A stretch of 64,000 bases of DNA. It comes from Vicinamibacterales bacterium (GTDB lineage: Bacteria > Acidobacteriota > Vicinamibacteria > Vicinamibacterales > UBA8438). Position numbers and translations under genes: made by a program. Location: the NCBI GenBank assembly GCA_963663815.1, contig OY760734.1; one strand, written 5' to 3'. Under the pieces are notes generated by a model. The model did no database searches and had not been told where the DNA came from. It was given only the letters and a program-made list of their open reading frames with translations. How positions within the stretch are numbered: position 1 is the stretch's first letter; each line of letters starts with the position of its first letter. Positions 53,476 through 61,581 of the stretch are shown one piece after another.

Positions 53476-53991
53476 ATGAGATGGAGTTCGCTCGACACGG
53501 CCGCGCTGGTTGTCGCGGTCGGGGCGGCGCTGGCCGGTTGCGCATCGAGGGGGCCTCGCGCGGCCGAGATGGAGCAGGTGAGCGAACAGCGGGCCTGCCA
53601 GGTCCGCCCGGAGGCGTGCGGTCCGGAAGCCGGACTGGAGGCGTGGGCGGCGGGGCTGCGCCGCCTGCGTGCCGAGCAGTGCGGGACCGATCACGGTCTC
53701 GGACCCGGCGCGGCCGAGTTCGTTTGCGAGGAGCCGGCCCGGTTCGTGCGCTACGACTTCGACCTGATGCCATGGATGAACACGGACTGGGCATCGCGGC
53801 CTGGCCCCGCGCGCCGCGGTGCGCTCCTGTGCCGGGAAGGCGGCGGCTTCGCGGCCGTGGACAGCAGCTTCGGGGAGTTCTGGGTGCCGGTGCAGTACTA
53901 CCGGCAGGATCGCCACCCGCTGGTGCGGCTGATCCCGCAGCAGCGGATGGCCGGGTTCATCGCCTGGGCGCGGCGATCTTGCGCGGGGTGA
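53476..53991 (+). CDS. lipoprotein, hypothetical
   Basis: GGAGGGGGG upstream. MRWSSLDTAALVVAVGAALAGCAS = lipobox L-A-G-C. Confidence 0.6.
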   Translation: MRWSSLDTAALVVAVGAALAGCASRGPRAAEMEQVSEQRACQVRPEACGPEAGLEAWAAGLRRLRAEQCGTDHGLGPGAAEFVCEEPARFVRYDFDLMPWMNTDWASRPGPARRGALLCREGGGFAAVDSSFGEFWVPVQYYRQDRHPLVRLIPQQRMAGFIAWARRSCAG

Positions 53992-54002
53992 CTGCCGCGC
54001 AT

Positions 54003-54670
54003 TCACGGTTGGGATTCTCCGGCGAGATTCTCCAGCCGCGTCCGCTCGTCTTCGAGTTCCCTCAGGTAGGTGATGACTATGGAGCGGGCCGACGCGCCGG
54101 GGTTACCGGTTCTCGCGAGGGCGAAGGCGTCCCATGTATCGTCATAGAGCCGAGACGTTCCGGGGCCGTCATTGAAGTAGCCCCGGGCTTGGTCGAAGGC
54201 CATCTGGCTTCGGTCCGGGCGGCTTCAGCCTGGGCGGCGGTCGAGGCTGCGTGCTCTACCCGTTGCTCAAGCAGGTTCAGAACCTGCTGCTGAACTACCT
54301 CGACCTCGTCGAGGGTGACCGCCACTTCGTCGGAGCATCCGAGGACGTTCACGATTCGACAACCGGCTCTGCTGCGCAACCACCAGGACGACAGGCTGCT
54401 CGTGGCGGTTCGTCCACGCGATCGCCGTAAAGGGCTGCACCGGCGCGAAGCCCAGGGTCGCGAGGAGGTCGTTGACCTGGTCGACGGCGGGCGGGTGCTT
54501 CGTGAGCTCGTGCTGCTCGATGTCCAGGTGGTACTCTGCGGGGAGGGTTCCGAGGTAGTGGGCGTCGTCCTCGTACGCGGCTTCGATCGTACGGGGGTCG
54601 AGGTCGCCGGGGTGGTCGGGGATGGCGCAGACGATGAGCGGGTCCGCGTCCGAGGCTGAATGAGCGTCAT
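54003..54670 (-). pseudogene. coding signal that changes frame three times (ATG 54670 / good frame 54660-54400 / 54400-54210 / 54203-54003): decayed gene or several tiny genes
   Basis: MTLI | SASDADPLIVCAIPDHPGDLDPRTIEAAYEDDAHYLGTLPAEYHLDIEQHELTKHPPAVDQVNDLLATLGFAP..VVLVVAQQSRL | IVNVLGCSDEVAVTLDEVEVVQQQVLNLLEQ.. | MAFDQARGYFNDGPGTSRLYDDTWDAFALARTG.. Confidence 0.3.
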
Positions 54671-55071
54671 TGGTCCGTGCGGCGCGTCGTCGCCGCCGAA
54701 AGGCAGTCGTTGGCGACGAGGCTCCAGGAGTCCCTGACTGCGCCATCCCTTCCGGGCCACACGGTCTTGGTGAGGTCGCCCATCAGGCAGACCCCGCTTC
54801 CCTTCCTGCACTTCGCGAGCCGCGCGGCGGCGTCCCGGAAGGCGGTGACGTCGAGGAACCACGTCTGCGGTTCGGGCGCTCGGGGTCCGGTGACGTTGAC
54901 CGCGACCCTGGCCGTCGTGTAGTTCGCGCCGGCCTTCGAGGTGCGTTCGACGGGGTCGGCGACGAGCCGTCCGAACGCGGAGATCTGGACGTTGGGGGTC
55001 GGTGGAGCCGGCGGCGACCCCGTCGTTGTTGTCGTGGCCGGCGTGTCCGGGGCTGGCGCGTCAGCAGTCAT
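54667..55071 (-). CDS. ssb: single-stranded DNA-binding protein (OB fold), plasmid/phage type
   Basis: ..VQISAFGRLVADPVERTSKAGANYTTARVAVNV...WFLDVTAFRDAAARLAKCRKGSGVCLMGDL.. is the typical SSB strand pattern. Confidence 0.55.
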   Translation of the reverse strand: MTADAPAPDTPATTTTTGSPPAPPTPNVQISAFGRLVADPVERTSKAGANYTTARVAVNVTGPRAPEPQTWFLDVTAFRDAAARLAKCRKGSGVCLMGDLTKTVWPGRDGAVRDSWSLVANDCLSAATTRRTDQ

Positions 55072-55085
55072 CGGGTCGGAGCCTG

Positions 55086-55415
55086 TCAGGGAACAGCGGG
55101 AGCCTGGGGGAGCACGGCGCGTTCGAGTGTTTCGAGGCGCTGCTCGACCTTGCCGAACTCGATCTCGACGTTGCGAAGCCGGGTGTTGAACTCGCGATGG
55201 TCCTCGCGCATTTCGCGATGGTCCTCTCGCATGTCGCCGCGGAGCGTGTCGAGCCGACGGTCGACGGATTCGACGCGACCGTTCAGGGCGTCCATCTGAC
55301 CGGTGATCGTGGCCAGATGGTCGTTGATTCCGCTTGCGACGATAGCGATGGTGCTCACGATGATCGTCGTGATCGCGAGCCCGGTTCCGATGATGGTCAG
55401 GTTCGTCTGGTTCAT
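55086..55415 (-). CDS. N-terminally anchored coiled-coil protein
   Basis: MNQTNLTIIGTGLAITTIIVSTIAIVASG.., then heptad-like ..LRGDMREDHREMREDHREFNTRLRNVEIEF.. Confidence 0.5.
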   Translation of the reverse strand: MNQTNLTIIGTGLAITTIIVSTIAIVASGINDHLATITGQMDALNGRVESVDRRLDTLRGDMREDHREMREDHREFNTRLRNVEIEFGKVEQRLETLERAVLPQAPAVP

Positions 55416-55422
55416 CTTGGCC

Positions 55423-55713
55423 TCACATTACCACGGCCCGCCCCATCGGGGCCGTGCCTCCCTCCGGTCCGCTCCGAGCCTCCCGGGCCCGTGCGGCGTT
55501 CCCGGCCGGACGCTCGCCGGTGGGCACCTCCAGACAGCCCGGGCAGTCCACCTGGCCGTCGTCGGATGCCAGCCGTTCGTCGGCTGTCGGCAGGCCGCAA
55601 GCGGTCAGGGTCTCGTCAGTCTCGTGCCACTCGTGAACCCAGGCTCGTGAACCCGGTGGCGTTGCGGGTTCGGCCGCGAGCGCAGCGAGCGGACGAACGA
55701 ACCAGGCCCTCAC
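55423..55713 (-). CDS. small hypothetical protein with a CxxC pair
   Basis: ..WHETDETLTACGLPTADERLASDDGQVDCPGCLEV.. First gene of the minus-strand operon. Confidence 0.3.
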   Translation of the reverse strand: MRAWFVRPLAALAAEPATPPGSRAWVHEWHETDETLTACGLPTADERLASDDGQVDCPGCLEVPTGERPAGNAARAREARSGPEGGTAPMGRAVVM

Positions 55714-55804
55714 GTCGTTCCGCGGTTCGGATTCCCTCCATCACGCCACTCTAGCCCCCCCTCCCCCCCTGTGCTCGCAGGCTGCAACTCGCGGCGCGAT
55801 AGTG

Positions 55805-56290
55805 GGGCCCCGACCCGGCGGGCCAGGGTCGTCCGGCGACACTCGACCCGCCGACGTGACCGGCGGGTCGCTCGTGATGGTCGGTCGCTTCCGACCCCGC
55901 AGGACATCGCGGGGTCGTCCATGGTGCGCGCGAGGAAACAGCCCTCTGGTCGTGGTCCCGACCCGGCAGGCCAGGTCGTCCGATGGCGTGATTGTGAGGT
56001 CCCGACCCGGTGGGCCAGGGTCGTCCAGGCGGAACTCGACCCGCCGACGTGGTCGGCGGGTCGCCGTTGATGGTCGGTCGTTTCCGACCCCGCAGGACAT
56101 CGCGGGGTCGTCCAGGGTGCGCGTGAGAAACAGCCCTCTGGTCGTGGCCCCGACCCGGCGAGCCGGGTCGTTCGACGAAGCTCGATCCTTGGCCGGGTCG
56201 CCCGGTGCTGGTCGGTCTCCCGACCCGGACGGAAGAGCCGACCCGAGCGGCCGGGTCGCTCGAAACGCGCCGATCCGGGTCGTTCCGGAA
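55805..56290. repeat. array of GC-rich hairpins built on CGACCC(N)..(N)GGGTCG: 192-bp unit x2 (about 88% identity by eye) plus a degenerate third part
   Basis: Units start at 55805 and 55997. Examples: CGACCCGCCGacgtgacCGGCGGGTCG, CGACCCCGCaggacatcGCGGGGTCG. About 10 hairpins in the 650-bp divergent intergenic region before the ParB-like gene. Confidence 0.85.
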
Positions 56291-56370
56291 CCGGTTGGCC
56301 CCCACGAGCGTGTGTGGTACGTTCGGCCCCTCGGGGCGTTCCGCGTGAGACTGTCGCGGGAGTGGGGGAG

Positions 56371-57591
56371 ATGGATTCAGAGCACGAGGCGCAGGACGAG
56401 CTGGTCGAGATCGGCGGCAGGCAGTACCGGGTCCATCCGGCGGCGGCGATGTTCCCGATCATGTTCGGCCGCGAGTTCGACGAGCTGGTCGAGGACGTGC
56501 GCGTCAACGGGCTGCGCGAGCGGGTCGTCGTCAGGGGCGACCAGCTGGTAGACGGGCGGAACCGGGTCCGAGCGTGCGCGGCTGCCGGTGTCGTCCCGGA
56601 GGTCCGGGAGCTGGAGCGCGGGACCGACGTGGCGTCGTGGGTGATGTCGGTGAACGTGCACCGGCGTCACCTGGACGCGTCGCAACGGGCCCTGTTGGCG
56701 AGCCGCCTGTCCGCGCTGAGCGGTGAGGTGACGTTGATCCAGGCCGGGGAGCTGATGGGCGTATCGCGGGCCTCGGTGGCACGGGCGGCCGCGGTCGAGA
56801 AGGGCCCCGAGCCGCTGAGAGCCGCCGCCCGCGACGGCGTCGTGTCGGTGGGCGACGCCTACGAGTCGCGCGGCGAGGCGCCGGAGACCATCGAGCAGCT
56901 GGTCGAGGACGTTCGCTCCGGCGCGGCGCCGAATCTGAGGGCCGCGAAGCGCCAGCGGGGCATCGCGGACAAGCCCCGGAAGAAGGACCCGCGGGGCCGG
57001 AAGCCGAAGACCGCGGCCACCGACGCAGGGCAATCGTCGGGCGAGACGGGCGATGGCGGCGGCGGGGTCGCGCTCGGGCGGCTCGTGGATCCGGAGGAGC
57101 CGGGTCCGGGGCGTCCACCGACGTCGCTGGGTTCGGAAGCGGAGACGCTGTTCTCGGGAGCCGAGGGTCTCGCAGCCGGTGAGGCGAACGTCGCCCCGAA
57201 CCCGGGAGATCTGCGCAGCCGAGCGGAAGCCGCCCTGGGCGGAGACGGGGCCGTGGAGGGGTCGAGCATCGGCGAGGGAGCCCCGTGGCCTGCCGAGGGC
57301 GGCGTGGTGTGGCTGACCGGGGAGGGCGGTCTGGACGGGGTAGTCGAGCGGGTAGTGGACTGCGTCAAGAAGGTCTCGGAGTCGGGCGGGGTGGTCGTGG
57401 CCGGGCCTGCGGACGTCGGGTCAGCCGCAACGCAACGCCTCATGGCTCTCCCGGAGCTGACCGCGGTGTCGTTCGAGCGTGCGTCGGGAGGTGAGCTTCC
57501 GCGGATGCTGTGGGGGTTCCGAGTGGGGCTGGGCGACTTCAGAAGGGCGTGCGACGGGTTCGGGGTCGTTCTGGAGACGGCGTCTCGGTAG
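56371..57591 (+). CDS. ParB-like nuclease-domain protein (ParB/Srx fold + HTH) with a long disordered C-terminal half
   Basis: GGGGGAG upstream of the ATG at 56371. ..YRVHPAAAMFPIMFGREFDELVEDVRVNGLRERVVVRGDQLVDGRNRVRAC.. ..IQAGELMGVSRASVARA.. Confidence 0.6.
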   Translation: MDSEHEAQDELVEIGGRQYRVHPAAAMFPIMFGREFDELVEDVRVNGLRERVVVRGDQLVDGRNRVRACAAAGVVPEVRELERGTDVASWVMSVNVHRRHLDASQRALLASRLSALSGEVTLIQAGELMGVSRASVARAAAVEKGPEPLRAAARDGVVSVGDAYESRGEAPETIEQLVEDVRSGAAPNLRAAKRQRGIADKPRKKDPRGRKPKTAATDAGQSSGETGDGGGGVALGRLVDPEEPGPGRPPTSLGSEAETLFSGAEGLAAGEANVAPNPGDLRSRAEAALGGDGAVEGSSIGEGAPWPAEGGVVWLTGEGGLDGVVERVVDCVKKVSESGGVVVAGPADVGSAATQRLMALPELTAVSFERASGGELPRMLWGFRVGLGDFRRACDGFGVVLETASR

Positions 57592-57683
57592 GCGCGTGCC
57601 GAACCGGCGGGCGGCGACGCGAGCGGTCCGGCCGCGACCCCGTACCGTCGAGCTCAGCCGGACCGTTCGCGTGAACGGGGCGG

Positions 57684-58601
57684 TCACGGACGCATGGGCG
57701 AAGCAGTAGCGCCGGCCGGGGGCGGTGCGGGGAGCTCGAAGGGCAGGGCGTTGGCCGGGCTGTAGACGGGCATGCCGTCCTGGCCGGCCTCCTCGGGGCT
57801 GTCGGCGCCGGCCCCGTCGGTGTCTCGCGTGACGCAGAGGCGTTGGCCGGCGGCGCGCAGGGGCTCGAGAAACGCGATAGGCGAGACGGTGGCGACCTCG
57901 GTGGAGGCGATGCCGTGAGCGGTGTTGATCTGGCGGACGTACCGTGCGGCGTCACCCCAGTGGTAGAGGCGGCCGTCAGGGCTCTGCAGCATGTGGATGT
58001 GCGGCGCGTCCGCGTTGGTGTGGCAGATGACCCGGCTCCGGGCCCAGGGCAGCGGCCAGGCGTAGGGACGGGGCAGCGATGTGAGGCGCGCCACGGCGGT
58101 CTGGTCGAGGAGCAAGCTGTCGTCGAGTGCCTCCCATGGCGGGGGCGTGGCCGACGCCTGCCGGGGGTCCGCTTCCGGCGGCTCATGGGAATCAGGGGCG
58201 GCCTCGTCGGGCCGGCGTTCGGGCTCGGGCGTCTCGCTTGCCGGCTCGGGCACGTCTACGTCAACGCGGCTGGCGACGACGGCGGGGGAGTCCGGTTCAA
58301 CGATCTCGGCGGCCGCCGGTGGCGGAGCGGTGGGCACCGATGTCGTGACGGCCGTCTCACCGGGCTCGACGACTTCGTCGGCGAGTTCCGGCTCGTTGTC
58401 GGGCCCTCGCGGCGTGAAGATCACGAGCAAGGCCAAGGCCAGCAGAGCGACGGCCGCGTAGACCACGGGCGAGTGCGTTGGCGGCAGGCGTAGCCGCAGT
58501 CTGGGCGGCGCGGTGAGCTTGGGCAACCGCAGCTTGAAGCGACGGGCGGGGGCAGCAGGCTCGTCAGGAGCCGGTGCGTCGGGTCGGTTGTGCTCGGTCA
58601 T
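57684..58601 (-). CDS. membrane-anchored hypothetical protein (Pro/Glu-rich linker)
   Basis: ATG coupled (ATGA) to the parG-like stop. TM ..VVYAAVALLALALLVIF.. Confidence 0.5.
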   Translation of the reverse strand: MTEHNRPDAPAPDEPAAPARRFKLRLPKLTAPPRLRLRLPPTHSPVVYAAVALLALALLVIFTPRGPDNEPELADEVVEPGETAVTTSVPTAPPPAAAEIVEPDSPAVVASRVDVDVPEPASETPEPERRPDEAAPDSHEPPEADPRQASATPPPWEALDDSLLLDQTAVARLTSLPRPYAWPLPWARSRVICHTNADAPHIHMLQSPDGRLYHWGDAARYVRQINTAHGIASTEVATVSPIAFLEPLRAAGQRLCVTRDTDGAGADSPEEAGQDGMPVYSPANALPFELPAPPPAGATASPMRP

Positions 58602-58915
58602 TGGTGGTCGCCCTCGTGGTCGTCCAGGTACTCGACGATCGCGTCGATCACGATGTCTCGGGCCGCGCGGTCGGCGTCGATCGCGTAGTGGCGCAGCCGC
58701 CGGTGGAGCTTGCGCGGCATTAGGATGTTCATTGTAACGGGGGCGGCCGGCTGCGGCTCGGGTCGGGCCGCGCGTTGCGGCGCCGCGGCCGCGGGAGGCG
58801 TTGATGGCGGTCCGGAAGGCATCGGTGTCGGCTTCGCGGGCGGGGGCGCCGGTTCGCTCTCGGCGTCTTCGTTGAGCTTCTGGAGGGCGTCGGTGAGGTC
58901 CTTGCGGTCGGTCAT
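58598..58915 (-). CDS. ParG-like centromere-binding protein (disordered N-terminus + C-terminal RHH)
   Basis: ATG at 58915 overlaps the parA stop. C-terminus ..MNILMPRKLHRRLRHYAIDADRAARDIVIDAIVEYL.. is an RHH pattern. Confidence 0.55.
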   Translation of the reverse strand: MTDRKDLTDALQKLNEDAESEPAPPPAKPTPMPSGPPSTPPAAAAPQRAARPEPQPAAPVTMNILMPRKLHRRLRHYAIDADRAARDIVIDAIVEYLDDHEGDHQ

Positions 58916-59655
58916 GCAGTCTCCTTGGTGTCTGCCTGCGGTAGCGCCCGGACGGAGACGAGCCAGTCGTAGAGCTCGACGAGCTCTACGGCGGCCTTGG
59001 TGCCGGGCTCGGTCTCGGCGGCGCAGCGGCCGGAGTTGAAGGCGTGGCTGTGGGCGATGCGTTGATGCAGCGTGACCGGGCAGATCGCGACGTCGGCGGC
59101 GGCCAGGATCCGGTGGCTCTGCGCGATTGTCGGGTGGTTGACGATGGCGCGGTTGATGACGACCGTGGCGGGTGTGCCGGCGCTCTCGGCGATCTGGATG
59201 GTCTGGTGAATGGCCCGGAGGTCGGGAGCGGAGGGCTGGACGGGGATGAGGATGTGGTCGGCGACGGTGGCCACCGTGAACGCGTCTCCTCCGGAATGCG
59301 GAGCGGTGTCGATCACGCAGAGCGTGGCGCCCAGCGGCGCCATTCGGCCCAGCATTCGTTCGAGGCGGTTGGCGTGAGCCGGGAGGACGTCGGGGTGCTC
59401 GAGGCCGGCGTCCTGGCGGAGGTCGTGCCAGTTGCAGGCGCTGCCCTGGGGGTCGACGTCGAGGAGGACGGCTCGGTGCCCGGCCTGTTCGGCGAGCGCG
59501 GCAATCGCGCAGGACAGGGTGGTCTTGCCGGTGCCGCCTTTCTGCGAGAGCACTGCAAGCACAGGAGGCCTGGTGGGCTTGATGACCAGTGACGGCATGC
59601 CAGCAACGGAAACATCCGCAACTGTTGTGCCATCCGGTGACGATGGTCTCTCCAT
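58912..59655 (-). CDS. parA: ParA/ParF-type partition ATPase (deviant Walker A)
   Basis: ..LAVLSQKGGTGKTTLSCAIA..VLLDVDPQGS..CVIDTAP.. An alternative start at 59598 (MPSLVIK..) is possible. Confidence 0.85.
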   Translation of the reverse strand: MERPSSPDGTTVADVSVAGMPSLVIKPTRPPVLAVLSQKGGTGKTTLSCAIAALAEQAGHRAVLLDVDPQGSACNWHDLRQDAGLEHPDVLPAHANRLERMLGRMAPLGATLCVIDTAPHSGGDAFTVATVADHILIPVQPSAPDLRAIHQTIQIAESAGTPATVVINRAIVNHPTIAQSHRILAAADVAICPVTLHQRIAHSHAFNSGRCAAETEPGTKAAVELVELYDWLVSVRALPQADTKETA

Positions 59656-59689
59656 GACTCTTCATGATACCAGGGCAGTTGACGGAAGG

Positions 59690-59790
59690 CCACGATGTTG
59701 TTCTGTAGTGCGTTACGGGCGTTCAGAGTGTATTGTCAGTGTCAATGGTTATGAGTGTAGTATTTGTAATGGTTGATTAAGATGGAATAT
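59690..59790. promoter_or_regulatory. AT-rich region upstream of parA with two adjacent approx 26-bp imperfect direct repeats (GAGTGTA..TTGT..AATGGTT): candidate partition site/operator
   Basis: Repeats at 59726-59752 and 59753-59777. This is the most AT-rich stretch in this part of the window. Confidence 0.45.
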
Positions 59791-60331
59791 GCGCTCTATG
59801 ACTTTCATGCGGGAGGCTCTGCGGCGGCCGGGAGATCGGCCCTGACGGTGCGCGGAGACGGTGGGCCATGCGGAGGACTCCGTGGGGGGGGCCGGGCCCT
59901 GGCGGGCCGCGAGGGCTCTCCTCGTGGTCGTGGGGCCGCGGCTGACCGTGCAGGCCCAATCGGTACGCCTGCATGTGGACCGAACCGACGGAATGGGGCC
60001 TCAACGCCGGCGCGGCGGCTCTCGCGATCTTCCGGTCGCTCCAGCCGGCCTCGACGCCGATCTGCCACCGCGCCCGGATCCGGCGCAGCTGCGACTCCGT
60101 CCACGGGTGCCGTCGCCAGCGCGGCGGCCGGTTGCGCCAGACCCAGGCGCGCAGGGCGGCCGCGGTCCGGCCCATGCGCGTGGCGAGACGCTCCCACTCG
60201 ATCGCCGGGACGTTGTGGCGCCAGCGCACCGTGAGCTCGTCGACCTGGCGCCGGTCGTCCGTCGTCCAGGCGGTGCGGTGTCGATGGTCGCCTCGGGACC
60301 ACGCCCAGGGGCGTTGGGGCATTGGCCGCAT
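59777..60331 (-). CDS. hypothetical protein with two Trp-spaced Myb/SANT-like repeats
   Basis: Start moved to the ATG at 60331 (GGAAGTGAGAGA upstream). ..WTTDDRRQVDELTVRWRHNVPAIEWERLATRMGRTAAALRAWVW.. and ..WTESQLRRIRARWQIGVEAGWSDRKIARAA.. Confidence 0.4.
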   Translation of the reverse strand: MRPMPQRPWAWSRGDHRHRTAWTTDDRRQVDELTVRWRHNVPAIEWERLATRMGRTAAALRAWVWRNRPPRWRRHPWTESQLRRIRARWQIGVEAGWSDRKIARAAAPALRPHSVGSVHMQAYRLGLHGQPRPHDHEESPRGPPGPGPPHGVLRMAHRLRAPSGPISRPPQSLPHESHRAHIPS

Positions 60332-60494
60332 TCTCTCACTTCCGCGGAGCGGACAAATCCAGCCTGAGCGACCCCCGCGGTGCTGACCCAGGAGTGACAC
60401 CTTGGTTTCACGCTCTGGGTCAGGAACGAGTAGTACGTAGCGGGGTCGCTCAGGTGTTGCTTTCCACTGCCTATGCGGAGCTCTGCATAGGCAG

Positions 60495-60580
60495 TGCTAT
60501 GCGGAGTTCGGGACTATGCGGAGTTGGCTCGGCGGGCCGCGTTGACTAGGGCATTTGCGTGGAGCGGTACTCCGCATAGT
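60495..60580. repeat. left terminal inverted repeat of the RIT element
   Basis: Contains three copies of the CTATGCGGAG / CTCCGCATAG motif. The inner end overlaps the stop of the third recombinase. Confidence 0.75.
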
Positions 60581-61581
60581 CAGAGGCCTTCCAGGAAGTT
60601 GAGGAGCCGGTCGGTGGCGGTGAACCGGAGTGGCTGAGGTGCGGGATCGTCGACGCACCGGAGTGCCGCCTCCTTCATGGCGAGGTCGGCTTCGACGTAC
60701 TGGTGGGTGGTGGCGGTGTTCTCGTGGCCGAGCCAGAGGGCGATGACGGTGATGTCGACTCCGGACTGGAGCAGGTGCATCGCGGTGGTGTGGCGCAGCG
60801 TGTGGGGCGAGATCCGCCGCGTCGCGAGCGACGGGTGACGCTCCGCGGCCTTTCGGCAGGCGACGCGCAGTTGATGTTCGACCCCGGAGCGCGACAAGGG
60901 CTTGCCCGCGCGATTGGGGAACACGGGGGCGTCGGGGTTTCCATCGATTCGGAGGAGCCACCTCCGCAGTTGCGCTACGGTGCTCTTCCAGAGCGGGACG
61001 ACACGCTCCTTGCGTCCCTTGCCGTGCAGAAGCAGCGAGGACGCCCGGTCGACGAGCACGTCGGCGACGTGCAGCCGGGTGATCTCGGAGACGCGGGCGC
61101 CGGTGTTGTAGAGCACGGCGAAGAGGACGGCGTCGCGCTGCCCGCTCCAGGTGGACCGGTCGGGCGCGTCGATGATCGCCGTGATCTCGTCGCGGGACAG
61201 GTAGCCGAGGACGGGCCGGTCGAAGCGCTTGACGGGAATCGCGAGGACGCGTTGCGCGACGGGCAGCAGGGGTGGCTCGCGCAGCGAGGCGTAGCGCATG
61301 AAGGACCGGATGGCGGTGAGCCGGAGGTTGCGGGTGCGCACGGAGTTGCCGCGTTCGGTCTCGAGATGGTCGAGGAAGCCGAGGACCATGGGCGCACCGA
61401 GATCCGAGAGGGTCAGCGCCGAGGGGGTGCGTCCGGTGCGCTCTGCGGCGTATCCGAGGAACAACGTGAAGGTGTCGCGGTAGCTGGCGATCGTGTGCGC
61501 GCTGGCGCCCCGTTGTGCGATGAGGCGCCCGTGGAAGAACTCCTGCAGGAGTGCGGGGAACGCCCGCTCGACGGAGGTCAT
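60580..61581 (-). CDS. tyrosine recombinase, third of trio (RitC position)
   Basis: Start moved to the ATG at 61581, coupled (ATGA) to the upstream stop. ..GARVSEITRLHVADV..ISPHTLRHTTAMHLLQSGVDITVIALWLGHENTATTHQYVE.. Confidence 0.85.
   Translation of the reverse strand: MTSVERAFPALLQEFFHGRLIAQRGASAHTIASYRDTFTLFLGYAAERTGRTPSALTLSDLGAPMVLGFLDHLETERGNSVRTRNLRLTAIRSFMRYASLREPPLLPVAQRVLAIPVKRFDRPVLGYLSRDEITAIIDAPDRSTWSGQRDAVLFAVLYNTGARVSEITRLHVADVLVDRASSLLLHGKGRKERVVPLWKSTVAQLRRWLLRIDGNPDAPVFPNRAGKPLSRSGVEHQLRVACRKAAERHPSLATRRISPHTLRHTTAMHLLQSGVDITVIALWLGHENTATTHQYVEADLAMKEAALRCVDDPAPQPLRFTATDRLLNFLEGL

Noticed and set aside
55710-56551. ORFs 55710..56507(-), 55751..56305(-), 55802..56551(+) and others across the hairpin array.
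   Set aside because: They are open in several frames on both strands only because of the GC-rich repeats. The products are repetitive Arg/Pro/Gly strings that mirror the DNA repeat. The ParB-like gene has its own RBS and start at 56371.
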